Assembly: GCF_000142905.1 (NCBI RefSeq) | Contig: NW_013657629.1 | Coordinates: 62,001-126,000 of the forward strand | Source of the DNA: Thecamonas trahens ATCC 50062 | Lineage: Eukaryota; Protista; Apusomonadida | Direction of reading: 5' to 3' | Length of the DNA: 64,000 nt | Shown here: positions 1-11,191 of the stretch, piece by piece | How positions within the stretch are numbered: the stretch's first letter is position 1 | Layout: the number at the start of each line of letters is the position of its first letter | The notes under the pieces: generated by a model | What the model was told of the DNA's origin: nothing | Databases searched by the model: none | What the model saw: only the letters and a program-made list of their open reading frames with translations | Translations under genes and position numbers: made by a program

Positions 1-2630
1 GGTTGTCAAAGTAGTACGGATCCTCGATCTCGGGAACCTCAAAGTTCTCCGAGTCGACAAAGTACTCGACCGAAGGGGCGAACCACTTCAGGCGAGCACA
101 GTAGCCGACGATGAGGCCGGAGAGCATGGCGTGAGCGAGGGTGATGACGAGGAATATGATCTGCATGGTGCCCTGGGCAATCATGGAGCAGTCCGACGAC
201 GAGGTCGAGAACGAGGAGTAGTGCTGGGCGAGGGCCTCCTCGCCGCCAAACTTGTAGCACGAGGCCGACCAGGCGACAATGGCCGAGGCAATGCCGGAGA
301 GGATGCCCGGGAGGCCGTGGAGGGCCTGGACACCGGCGGTGTCGTGGATGCCGAACCAGTTCTGGAGCTTGGGGAGGAAGACGACGTAGCCCGTGACCGA
401 GATAATGGCACCAAGGGTGCCGACCAGGATGGCGGCGTAAGGCTCGATGGGCATGTTGGCGATGGAGCCAACGGCGACGCCGCCGGCGAGCACGGCGTTC
501 TGGATGTGGACCATGTCGAAGCGCATGGTGTCGGAAAAGTACGACGAGGCGGCAAAGGCGGTGACAGCCGACGCCGAGATGGAGAGCACCGTGTTGACGA
601 TGGTACGGTGGCGGAGGTCCTCGGCGGCCGGTGCGGCGTTGAACGACGGCCAGTAGAGCCAGAGGAAGACGGTGCCGATCATGGCAAACAGGTCCGACCG
701 GTACGACGAGCCATTCTCCGAGCCCGGTGCCATAGCAGCCCGCGTGGTGAGCATGTACGACGCTGCCACGCCAAAGTACGCGCCAAAGACGTGGACCACC
801 ATCGAGCCACCGACGTCGGCAATCTCGAGGTGGAGCCCAATCTCCTCGTTGACGGCAAAGAAGATAACCTCCCAAAAGGCCACAAAGAGCATCTGCAGCG
901 GCGAGATCTTGCCCAGCAGCGCGCCAAACGAGATGAGGACGGCAGCGGCGGCAAAGTCGGCCACAAGCAGCTTGTTGATGTCGATGGCGACTTTGTGCGT
1001 AAAGCCGCCGTCAAAGACGTTCTCGAAAAAGCCTGAGACAAGAATGTGCCACTCGATGACAAAGGCGGCCACGAGGAGCGTGACCGAGACCGACGAGAAG
1101 CCGTACTTGCGGAGGTAGGTCATGAGGAAGCCAAAGCCAATGAAGATCATGACGTGGACGTCCTGGTAGAGTGGGTAGGTGTCAAGCTGGGCGTTCGGCT
1201 GGAGCTTGCCGTCCTGCAGCGCGAGGTCGCGGTCGGCGTCGTCGCCATAGGTGGCAAAGAGAGCAAAGAGCACAATGAGGACAACCTGGAGGACGGCGAG
1301 GGCCACGAAAAAGTGGTTCTGGTAGAACTTGTGGTGCTCGGCAGAGCCAGCGGCGCCGGCAAGCATGTCATACAGGCGGTTCGAGCCGGCGTGCGCCCGG
1401 TGGCGCTCGGCCTCGTCAAGCGGCGTGACACCAAAGATGTCCTTGTGCAGCGGGTCGGCGCCGGCCTTGAGCAGGAGCAGCGCAATGTCCTCCGAGCCGG
1501 CCACAACCGCGCGATGGAGCGGCGTCCGCCCACGCTCGTCGGTCACGTCGGCCTCGGTCCCACCGATGACCATCTCCTTGGCCGCCTCAAAGTCGCCCAG
1601 TGTAGCGGCATCGTGCAGCGTCTCAGCCTTGACCCGGTTCCGCGAGCCGCCGGCCTCCACAAGCAGCGCGTGGACCCGCTTCGACGAGTGCTGCAGCGCC
1701 TTGTCCAGCGGCGTGTACTTGCGCCGATCCTTGGCATTGACATTGGCCCCGTGCTTGAGCAACATCGACGCCAACGCGTAAAAGTCACCCTCGGCCGCAA
1801 TGTGCAGCCCCGTCCGCTCGTTCTTCCCATGCGCCGTGTTGACATCCACCTTGTTCTTCTGGATCATCCGGAGCGCACGCTCCTGGTCGCCACGCCGGCA
1901 CGCCTTGAAAAAGTCGTCGAGGTTGGCTGCAACCACCGTCTGTCGCCGCCACAGGAATCGTGATTGTGATCGCCATCATCGTCATCATCATCGTCACAAG
2001 TGGGTTGGGTGAGGTGAGGTGAGGTAGGGGGAGAGCGGGGGAGGGGGGGCGGGCTGGTGCAGAAAAAGGTCGTCAAGCTTGGCATGGCTGATCGCGATCA
2101 TGACGGCGATCGATCACGGCAGGGGCTGAACCTAAGGGGGGACCACGCTGAGGCACTGGATTGAGAGGAAGACGGGAGAGGAGGAGGTCATAAAAGTGTC
2201 GGGGTATGCGACATGTGCAGAGGACGGAGGAGGGGGGGGGGAGGGGGGAGGGGGAGCGAGGGGAGAGCGAGGAGGGGAGGACGGGGGGGGGGGTGGTGCG
2301 GGAGTGTGATCGATCATGCTGAAAAAGGGGGGGGGGGAGAGGGCGGTGGGCGACAAGGAAGAAACACTGCGGGTAGAGAAGGGCGGGAGGCGATGCAGGT
2401 GGAGGCGAGAGGGAGACATGGTTTGGGGTACGTACCGAGTCTTCATCCGACTGATAGCGGACGGAGGACATGGCCTCGAGGGTGTTGGAGGAGGTGGAGG
2501 AGGAAGATGCGGCCGACGAGTCAGACTTTGACGAGGCCGACGGCGATGCCGACGACGACGACTTGTTGCTGGCAGAGCTGCTTTCGCCCGATGACGACGC
2601 CGTCGAGCTGGCGGTAGACGAGCGAGCCAT
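1..2630 (-). CDS. Rh-family ammonium transporter fused to N-terminal ankyrin repeats (2 exons; 3' end runs off the window)
   Basis: Manual translation; absent from the ORF track because no stop lies in the window. Exon1 2630-2436 (Ser-rich MARSSTASS...DEDS), intron 2435-1940 (GTACGT...GACAG, phase 0), exon2 1939-1. Ankyrin motifs RTGLHIAAEG..LLKHGANVNAKD and GRTPLHRAV..LLLKAGADP. Rh signatures YQDVHVMIFIGFGFLMTYLRKYGFS, ADVGGSMVVHVFGAYFG, SDLFAMIGTVFLWLYWPSFN, HIQNAVLAGGVAVG, IHDTAGVQALHGLPG. Confidence 0.93.
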
Positions 2631-3637
2631 AGTTCTCAGTCGCCTCTGACTTTCAGCGCGAGTTGAGTGGTACTCGATGGCTTTCCGCCGACGAGCGTCT
2701 GTGGAGGAGGGTACCTGTCGGCAAGAGAAGGGGCCAACGATTAATCTCCCAACAGATAATCGTTGACAACGGTACGAGTTTTTTGTTGGAAGAACCATGA
2801 ACGACCTGCCTGAGGGCGCGTCATCGATTAATTTGAATAACAAACAATGAATGCGGCTCGGGAGGGGGGGGAGAAGGCAACGATAAACGAAAGGTAAAAT
2901 GATGGATGGTGCTAGCAGGGCGGCAAAGCAGGAACCAGCACCTCTCGTGTCGCCATGGCTCAGTACGCCCGGCTTCTCACGCGCGTAGCACTCGCATCCC
3001 TTGGTGTTGGAGGTGCATTCGCCGGCGTTGAACAGTGCCTGTACACTGGTACGTAGAAAGATGGCAGTACTTGTCATCATACATCCCATCTTCTCCATAC
3101 CCCCTCGTGAGTGGCGCAGAGAGCTCTGACTAAGATTGATTTTGCCTCGCCACAAACGCTTCACCATGGCGACACTGTCACCTCCCACCGCAAACCACTT
3201 GCTCTGCCACACCCACAAACCACATCCGCGTGTTCTCCGTTAACTCCTCTATCCCCTTGTCTGATTTTCTTCTCTCCCCTTCACCGCATTCGTCCTCCAT
3301 CCCCTCTTCCCCCTTCTCCCGCCGTCACCGCTCCGTGGATGCCGCGTCGCCTCGCATGGCCAACCGTGTGCCAACCCGCCTCTCCTCGCCTCGCCTCGTC
3401 TCGTCTCGTCTCGCCCCGCTGTCTCGTCTATCAGCACTGCTCGCCGCCACCGCTGTCATTCGGCCTCAATTGGCACGCTGGTCTCCGTCGTTTCTCTCGT
3501 CCACACCCAGCTTAGCCTGCTCCTGATCATTGGCTGATGAGCTTTGGCTCATCATCAGCCAGCCAGCCTCCTCGGGGAGGTCCGCAGGGCGAGCTGGAGA
3601 CGGCGGTCAAGCTGCTGGAGCTGTGGTGTGGGAACAG

Positions 3638-4503
3638 ATGGCATGGCGTGGTGCGGTGATGGTGATGGTGCTGAGTGAGAGGAACAGACAGGAAGGCTGG
3701 GAGGCGGGCGAGCAGGCAGCCGACAAGCCAAGCCGGAGACTCACCAGAGTGATGATGATGGGAGATTAGTCGATGCTGGTCACCGTGCGGTGCTGTTCAA
3801 CCGGTGGTCTGGTATTCAGAAGGATGTTGTGGGCGAGGGAACGCATTTGCTGATTCCGTTTGTGCAGACACCGATCATCTTCTCGGTCCGGACCGAGCCC
3901 TTTGTGGTGGCCTCGCAGACTGGGTCGGCCGATCTCCAGCAGGTCACCGTCGCGCTGCGTATCCTCCAGCGGCCGCAGGTCGAGGCACTCCCGGTCATCT
4001 ACGGTACCTTTGGTGAGGACTTTAAGTCGCGCATTCTGCCGTCGATTGTGCCCGAGGTTCTCAAGGCCGTTGTCGCCCGGTTCAACGCCCATGAGCTCAT
4101 CACCCAGCGTGAGGCCGTCTCGCGGCTCATTCGCGAGCAGCTCACCCGCGACGCTGCCCGCTACCACATTGTCCTCGACGACATCGCCATCACCGAGCTC
4201 CGCTTCGGCCGCGACTTTACGGTCGCCGTCGAGCGCAAGCAGGTCGCTCAGCAGGAGGCCGAGCGCCAGAAGTGGGTCGTTCAGCGTGACGAGTATGAGC
4301 GCCAGGCTTCGGTCATCCGCGCCCAGGGTGAGTCGGCCGCCGCCAAGCTCCTCTCGGATGCTTACAAGCAGGCCGGTCTTGCCCATCTCGAGCTCCGCCG
4401 CATCGAGACCGCCCGCCACATCGCAGAAACCCTCGCGCGCTCGCGCAACATTGCGTACCTGCCGTCGTCCGGCAACATCCTCCTCAACCTCGGCTCGTCG
4501 TAA
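3638..4503 (+). CDS. PHB: Prohibitin (SPFH/band-7 family); 5' end uncertain
   Basis: Main exon 3770-4503 reads (V)DAGHRAVLFNRWSG..GEGTHLLIP..TGSADLQ..ILPSIVPEVLKAVVARFNAHELITQRE..AVERKQVAQQEAER. Probable intron 3651-3769 (GTGCGG...TTAG). The true start may lie further upstream. Confidence 0.9.
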
Positions 4504-4790
4504 ACGCCGTATGCCATCCACCAATCATTTGCCGCCGTCGCTCCGCAGGCCATGACGGCCGCCCAAAGCAGCGAGTTTGGGCGATCCATGGTGATCACGC
4601 GTCACAGGAGTTGCCCCGGCCACAGCGATGATTGCACTGCCAACCCTGCCTACATCCCTATACTCGTGGATCAGCATTGTTTACGTCATGGGAGGGGGGT
4701 AGAGTGTTGTCTGTGTCAACTTGAATGCCACCTGGCAGATGTGGGCAACTCGGGCGCGACGACGGGTGCAGTGACGGGCGGTTGTCGAGC

Positions 4791-5798
4791 CTACGGGTCA
4801 TGGACAATGGGGAGAGGATCGGCCGGCAGCGAGTCGCGGTTGTGCGGCTTGAGCAGGTCTGCGGGGTCGGGGCCGAGAGCGTAGATGCCTGTCGGGTTGA
4901 CTGAGTTGTGGGAGCAATAGTAGTGGCGGATGATGTGGTCAAAGTTGACGGTGGAGGCGATCTTTCCGTCGGCCATCTGGTAGATCTCGCGGGTGTAGGC
5001 CCAGAGGTTGGGCAGCTCGCGAATGCGGTGCTTGTTGGTCTTAAAGTGCGTGACGTAGACCGGATCGTAGCGGATGAGGGTGACAAAGGCGCGGATGTCG
5101 GCAAGAGTGAACCGCGAGCCGACAAGGTAGCGCGATGAGGCGAGGCGGTCCTCCATCCACTCGAGCGTGTCGTTGAGGGCGTGGAAAGCCTCCTCATACG
5201 CCTCCTGAGTCTTGGCAAAGCCGCACTTGTACACGCCGTTGTTGAGCGAGTGGTACACCCGCTCGTTGACCTCGTCGATCTCGTCGCGCAGCTCAGCTGG
5301 ATACAGATCGAGCGCCGCGGCCTCGGGCGTGGCCGACAACGCGTTGAACGCCGAGTTGAGCATGACAATGATTTCTGACGACTCGTTGTTGACAATGGTG
5401 TCGTTGACCTTGTCGTACAGGATGGGAACCGTGAACCGGCCATCGTACTCGGGATCGGCGGCGTAGTAGATCTCAGAGACCTGCTTCCGGCCATTGATGG
5501 TGTCTCCCGTTGCGCCCTCATCCTTGGCCTCAAGCGTCCAGCCCGTGTCCGGGAGGACGACGTCGACAATGTTAACCTCAATGACCTCGGTCAGGCCCTT
5601 GAGCTCGCGCATGGCCAGCGTCCGGCATGCCCACGGGCACGCCATCGCAGCATAGATCACATACCGCCCAGCCTCGGCCGGGAACTCCGCATCGGGGTCT
5701 GCCTCGATCCATCGCCGGAACAGCGAGTCCTTTCGCTCGTACCGGCCCTCCTTCACGTCCTTGTTCCAAGACACATTGCCTTCACCGCTTTTGCTCAT
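4791..5798 (-). CDS. Glutathionyl-hydroquinone reductase (GST Xi/omega-like, YqjG/ECM4 family)
   Basis: FPAEAGRY..ACPWACRT active site; FTVPILYDK..IVNNESSEI; NNGVYKCGFAKTQEAY; NPTGI. Confidence 0.95.
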   Translation of the reverse strand: MSKSGEGNVSWNKDVKEGRYERKDSLFRRWIEADPDAEFPAEAGRYVIYAAMACPWACRTLAMRELKGLTEVIEVNIVDVVLPDTGWTLEAKDEGATGDTINGRKQVSEIYYAADPEYDGRFTVPILYDKVNDTIVNNESSEIIVMLNSAFNALSATPEAAALDLYPAELRDEIDEVNERVYHSLNNGVYKCGFAKTQEAYEEAFHALNDTLEWMEDRLASSRYLVGSRFTLADIRAFVTLIRYDPVYVTHFKTNKHRIRELPNLWAYTREIYQMADGKIASTVNFDHIIRHYYCSHNSVNPTGIYALGPDPADLLKPHNRDSLPADPLPIVHDP

Positions 5799-5889
5799 GA
5801 TGATGTGATGTGAGTGTGTGTGACTCAAACCACCGTGATACATCCCCGCCACCGGCGCTACTCATTTTGTGGCGAAATGGTTGGACATC

Positions 5890-5909
5890 ACGTCATCACG
5901 TGATGACGT
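5890..5909. promoter_or_regulatory. Perfect 20-bp palindrome containing an E-box and two CRE half-sites
   Basis: ACGTCATCAC|GTGATGACGT, about 90 bp upstream of the GST-like gene in the divergent GST/GDH intergenic region. Confidence 0.5.
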
Positions 5910-6505
5910 TCAAGTGATGACGGCACGTCGACGAAGGCCCCATCCCCATTTGCTAGTCAACGGAGAATTGGGAGAGATCAGGACGACGAAACGAGCTCGT
6001 ACCCATGGGTAAGGACAAAAGTGCGGACGGCCGGAACCAAGGCGGTGTGAGCAACACTGCGGGTGGCGGTACGGGTAAAGCTGAGCATGGTTGGAGACAG
6101 CAGTGGAGCGCGTCAGTCGTTGGCGGAGCTGCCGAACAATAATCCGTTGGCACGAGAAATATGTCTCGGCAAAGAATTCCGTTGCCGAGCCTGTCAACGA
6201 TGGAGAGCCATCTGGCTGCCTGGTTGCAGCGATTGCAGAGTCGTCAAGCTTGATGTATTCTGTGCCGTGCATAGGTTCACGCGAGCGGAGGAACGTTGGA
6301 CTAGCAAGATATTGACGAGATAGGGGGGGTATCAAGCTGTTCAAGCTGGCTGTCGTCAGAGAATAGACTTTTGAGTGAAATAATCACGACATCGGCCCAG
6401 ACTGACCCAAGATGTCGGGGATAAAACACGGCCATTTCCACGCACTTCCATAACGTACACATAACCGCACAGACACGAAGAGCAAACGGAAGAATAAGCG
6501 AAATA

Positions 6506-7882
6506 ATGTCCACCAGTTCAAGCAAAGCGGAAGAGGCAACGTCAAAGCCGAGCGTGGACGAGGTTGTGGAGGCGGCGAAGCAACGTGATCCGGACCAGCC
6601 CGAGTTTTTCCAGGCTGTCGACGAGGTGGTGGCGAGCGTCAAGCCGCTCCTAAAGGAGCGGCCCGAGCTTGTGGATGTTCTCGCGCGGATGCTGGAGCCT
6701 GAGCGTGTGCTGCACTTTCGGGTTGCGTGGCAGGACGACGATGGGAGGACAGAGATCAACCGCGGGTTCCGGGTGGTGATGAACACGGCGTGCGGGCCGG
6801 GCAAGGGCGGGCTACGGTTCCACCCGTCTGTGGATCTCTCGACACTCAAGTTCCTTGCCTTTGAGCAGACGTTCAAGAATGCGCTGACGGGTCTGCCGCT
6901 GGGGGCAGCCAAGGGCGGATCGGACTTTAACCCGCGTGGGCGGTCGGACGACGAGGTCATGCGCTTCTGCCAGGCGTTCATGTCTGCACTCTACACCGAG
7001 ATTGGGCCGGACACGGACGTGCCTGCCGGCGACATCGGAGTTGGGGCGCGCGAGATCGGGTTCCTGTACGGGCAGTACAAGCGGCTGACGCGGCGGGCCG
7101 ACGGCGCGATGACGGGCAAAGGCTCGAACTGGGGCGGATCGCTGGTGCGGCCTGAAGCAACCGGCTACGGGCTGGTGTACTTTGCGCGCCACATTGTGGC
7201 CGATGCCGACGAGTCGTTCGACGGCGCGAAGTGCCTGGTCTCAGGATCGGGCAATGTGGCGCTCCATGCGGCGGCCAAGCTCATTTCACTCGGCGCCAAG
7301 GTGGTGACGCTGTCGGACTCGTCGGGCGTCATCCACGAGCCCGACGGCCTAACCGAGGACGGGCTGGCGTTCATCACCGAGCTCAAGACCGTTCGCCGCG
7401 GGCGGATCAAGGAGTACACCGAGGAGTTCTCCGAGTCGGCCGAGTACGTCGAGGGCGGCAAGCCGTGGCAGTTTGCCGGCGACTACGCTTTTCCGTGTGC
7501 GACGCAGAACGAGCTCGACGGCGACGATGCTGCGGCGCTGGTCGACGCCGGCGTCCGCGGCGTGTTTGAGGGTGCCAACATGCCATGCACCGCCGAGGCC
7601 ATCGAAGCCATCAAGTCTGGCAGCCTGATGTACTCGCCGGGCAAGGCGTCCAACGCTGGCGGTGTCGGGGTCTCCGGCCTGGAGATGGCGCAGAATGCCG
7701 GGCACGTTTTCTGGGATGAGGAGGAAGTCGACAGCAAGCTGCAGTCCATCATGGAGGACATCTACACCGCAGCCAAGGACACAGCCGACCGGTTTGATCT
7801 CGGCGGTGACCTGCAGGCCGGCGCCAACATTGCCGGCTTTGAGCGCGTGGCCGATGCCATGGTTGCGCAGGGGGTGTGGTAA
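6506..7882 (+). CDS. gdhA: NADP-specific glutamate dehydrogenase
   Basis: GPGKGGLRFHPSV, KFLAFEQTFKNALTGLP.G.AKGGSDF, DVPAGDIGVG, RPEATGYG, SGSGNVA, PCATQNE, EGANMP, PGKASNAGGV; intronless. Confidence 0.97.
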   Translation: MSTSSSKAEEATSKPSVDEVVEAAKQRDPDQPEFFQAVDEVVASVKPLLKERPELVDVLARMLEPERVLHFRVAWQDDDGRTEINRGFRVVMNTACGPGKGGLRFHPSVDLSTLKFLAFEQTFKNALTGLPLGAAKGGSDFNPRGRSDDEVMRFCQAFMSALYTEIGPDTDVPAGDIGVGAREIGFLYGQYKRLTRRADGAMTGKGSNWGGSLVRPEATGYGLVYFARHIVADADESFDGAKCLVSGSGNVALHAAAKLISLGAKVVTLSDSSGVIHEPDGLTEDGLAFITELKTVRRGRIKEYTEEFSESAEYVEGGKPWQFAGDYAFPCATQNELDGDDAAALVDAGVRGVFEGANMPCTAEAIEAIKSGSLMYSPGKASNAGGVGVSGLEMAQNAGHVFWDEEEVDSKLQSIMEDIYTAAKDTADRFDLGGDLQAGANIAGFERVADAMVAQGVW

Positions 7883-8447
7883 ACCAGGACAAGCGAGGAG
7901 GACGAGCGGGGCAGGCCTGGCACGGACAAAAGCCGAGCCGATGATGACACAGTGCCCCCTCTGTTTGCACGGGGAGATGAGCGTGACAGGCTTGCCACAA
8001 CGAGCATGAGAAGGCAAAGAGCCGCCTCCCCATCTTGCGGGGGAAAAAAAAGGGCGACGCGAGCGGGAGCAGCCGGATTGAGCAGCAGCCAACAAGACAA
8101 GCACTTAGAACAGGAGCCGAGCTTGCACAGAGTCCTTAGAGCATATGATTCTCTATGGATGCAAGATGAGTATGTGCGATGCGAGCCATACCGGGACAGG
8201 GAGGTTGAACCGCCATGACCCTCGCCCTGGCGCAACCCCCAAAAATAGGATCAATATTTTGAATGCGCGAAAATAGATGGCAGGTTCGACCAACGACCAC
8301 CATGTGGTGGCAGTCGAGCCAGCAGGCTCCGCTGAGCACCAGCACCAGTACCACCACCAGCACCCGCACCAGCAGCCACCTGACTCTCACACACTGACGG
8401 GACGGGTGTAGAGGGAGAGGAGCGACAGTCACCCACATCACCACCCG

Positions 8448-8448
8448 C

Positions 8449-8480
<32 letters not shown>
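8448..8480 (+). repeat. (GCAGAC)n microsatellite just upstream of the CASP start
   Basis: About 5 direct copies of ACGCAG. Confidence 0.8.
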
Positions 8481-8505
8481 TCAGGCAGTGCAGAGAAAGG
8501 CGGTC

Positions 8506-8804
8506 ATGGCGAGCACCACCACCTTGCAGTCGCTGACCACCGCGCTGGTCCATTGGCAGAGTACGTGGCATGGCAGGGGGGGGGGGGGGGGCGATGACCT
8601 GGCTGGGGACGGGCATGGCCTGGCTGGGGACGGGCATGGCCTGCCAGGGAACGGGCATGACCTGGCTGGGGACGGGCATGGCCTGCCAGGGGACGGGCAT
8701 GACCTGGCTGGGGACGGGCATGGTCCGCCAGGGGACGAAAGGACAGACATGACCTGCTCCGGGACGAGGGGACGAAAGGACAGACATGACCTGCAGCGGG
8801 CGGG

Positions 8805-8840
<36 letters not shown>

Positions 8841-8853
8841 ACACACACACACA

Positions 8854-8911
<58 letters not shown>

Positions 8912-11145
8912 TGGCAGACTTTGGCCTCTCGGCGCAGCGCGAGTCACTCGACTCTGCGGGCGAGAAGATTGCAGCTAATCAGGACGCCTCGTCTGCTTCG
9001 CGGAAGAGCCTAGCTGCTGCGACCAAGGCGTTCAACAAGTCGAGCGAGGGCAACGGAAAGGCGGATGATGGGGGAGAGGCAGGGGCGGGAGGAACAGAAG
9101 CGGGTGCCGGGGCGAGCAAGCCCAAGAGTAAGCCCAAGTTTGCTGTCCTCCTCCGCAAGTACCAGAAGGAGATCGATGCGCTGACTGTCCGCGCCCGCTT
9201 TGCGGAGAAGCACTTTCTCGGCCTGTACAAGGACCTTGCCGAGGTGCCTGATCCTGCTCCGCTGCTGGAGCTCTCCATCGCTGCTCTCCGCGACGCTGCT
9301 GCCGACAACGCTGCCGACGAGCTTGCTGCCGAGAACGCCCGCCTCCAGGCGGAGCTTCAGGCCAACGCGGCCGAGTTTGCCTCGCTCCGCAACCAGGACG
9401 TGACCATTGCCCGCCTGGAGAAGGAGGTCCGCGAGCTCAGTGCCGAGCTCGACGGGCAGGTCACCGCCAAGTCGGAAGAAGTCGTCGCCGTCCTCGAGGC
9501 CGAGTACGAGGCCAAGGCCGCGCTGCTCGCCGAACGCGAGGCCCGGACCCGTGCCCAGATGGCTGCCATGGAGGAGGACTACGCTCGCCTCCGCGCCCAA
9601 CTCTCCACCGCCCAGACCACCTCGTTCGGCGAGTCGCAGGCTGCCCAAGAGGCCGATGACGTCCGCGACGCCCAGATTGCCGCGCTCTCCGCCGAGCTCG
9701 GCCGTGCCAAGGCGCGCGTCATGGCTCTCGAGGCCGAGCGCGCGGCTGCGGAGCGGACTGCAGGCACCGACGTCGGTGGCGCCGCCAGCGCCGGCGCTGC
9801 CTCGGACATTGGTGTCCTTGTCGACCAGGTTGCCGCCCTCGAGCTCGAGCTCTCGCGCAAGGACGTCGAGATCTCGGACCTGGTCGACGAGCTTGCTGCC
9901 GCCCGCGACGACGCCGCCGCCGCCGCCCGTGCCGCAGCCAGTGACCTTGCCCGCCTCCGCGACCAGCTTGTCGCCAAGACCGCAGAAGTCGACGAGCTTG
10001 TAGCCGAGATGGCGCTCGCGCCGTCGACCGATGTCGATGCGCTCCTCCGCGAGCTCGCCCTCCTCAAGGGCATCGAGTTTGGCGAGGAGACGCCGGGCGA
10101 CGCCCCGCTCGATGCCCTGCTCATGGCCAAGAACAAGGAGCTGGAGGCCGGCACCGCCGCGCTCCGCTCCTCCCTCGCCGCTGCAGAGCGCGACGCCGCA
10201 GACATCGCCGCAGAGCGCGACGCTGCTGCTGCCGCCCTTGCCGACAAGGACGCGCTCATCGCCCAGCTCGAGGCTGACATCCTCAACGTGTCGGCAGCAG
10301 CAGCGGCTGGCCCGCAAACGCCACGCGCTGCGCCCGCAGACGCCGCAGACGCCCGCGAGGCCGCGCTAGTCCAGGCACTGTTGCCCGGCTCGGCCGGCGA
10401 GGCCCGGAGCCCGGCGCAGCTCGCGCCGCCAGCAGATGCATTTGCCGTCGTCGTCGCACAGCGCGACCGGTTCAAGGCCCGCGTCCTCGAGCTCGAGACC
10501 GAGAACGCCACCCTTCACGAGCGGGTCCACACCGCCCGCGCCGCCGCCGACGCCCTCGAGGCCGACAACCTCGAGTTGTACGAGAAGATCCGCTTCCTCG
10601 AGTCGTACGACGACATTGCTCGCGAGCGTGACGCAACCATGCTCCGCATGGAGTCTGGCGAGCTTGGAGGCCCGCTCGCCATGCCCGCAGGCACCGCAGG
10701 CACGAGCTCGGCAGCCGGCGGAGCAGGTAACGCCGGAGGAGGCACAGGTGGCTCGGCAGAGCTCCGTTACCGCAAGCTCTACGAGGACTCGATGAACCCG
10801 TTCACCCTCTTCCATCGCAAGCAGCGCGACTCGTCTTACAACGAGCTCAACGCCGCCGAGAAAGTCACCCTCAACACCTCGCGCATCCTCCTCGGCACCA
10901 AGTTTGCCCGCACCTTTGTCTTCTTCTACTCGCTCCTCCTCCACGTGCTCGTCTTCTTTGTCCTCTATCGCCTCTCGGCCTCGTCCTCAACCTGCTCCAC
11001 CGCCTCGGGCGTGCCCTCGACTTTCCGCCCGGCGGCAACCGCAGGCGCTCTCAGCTCCGCAACCGCAACCGCAACCGCCCTCGCTTCGGCCTCATCGTCG
11101 GCCTCGTCGTCGGTTGCCTCGGTCGCCGCCCGCCTCCTCCGATGA
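8506..11145 (+). CDS. CASP/COY1 golgin (CUX1 N-terminal-like domain, coiled coil, CASP_C, tail anchor); 2 exons
   Basis: Exon1 8506-8560, intron 8561-8917 (GTACGT...GGCAG), exon2 8918-11145. Motifs LLRKYQKEIDALTVRARFAE..Y..L.EVPDP; QRDRFK..ELE; DNLELYEKIRFLESY; YEDSMNPF; C-terminal TM FVFFYSLLLHVLVF. Confidence 0.93.
8595..8908 (+). repeat. Intronic 21-bp minisatellite plus (CT)n/(CA)n microsatellites
   Basis: About 6 copies of GGGGACGGGCATG(A/G)CCTG(GCT/CCA), two GGGGACGAAAGGACAGACATGACCTG units, then long TC/AC tracts. Confidence 0.9.
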
Positions 11146-11191
11146 CGCTCATCTCTCGCTGGCCTCACTTACGACCGTGTATTGACTGACG

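Noticed and set aside
131-1963. Long + strand ORFs 131-1036 and 1046-1963
   Set aside because: They are antisense shadows of the Ank-Rh gene caused by GC-biased codon usage.
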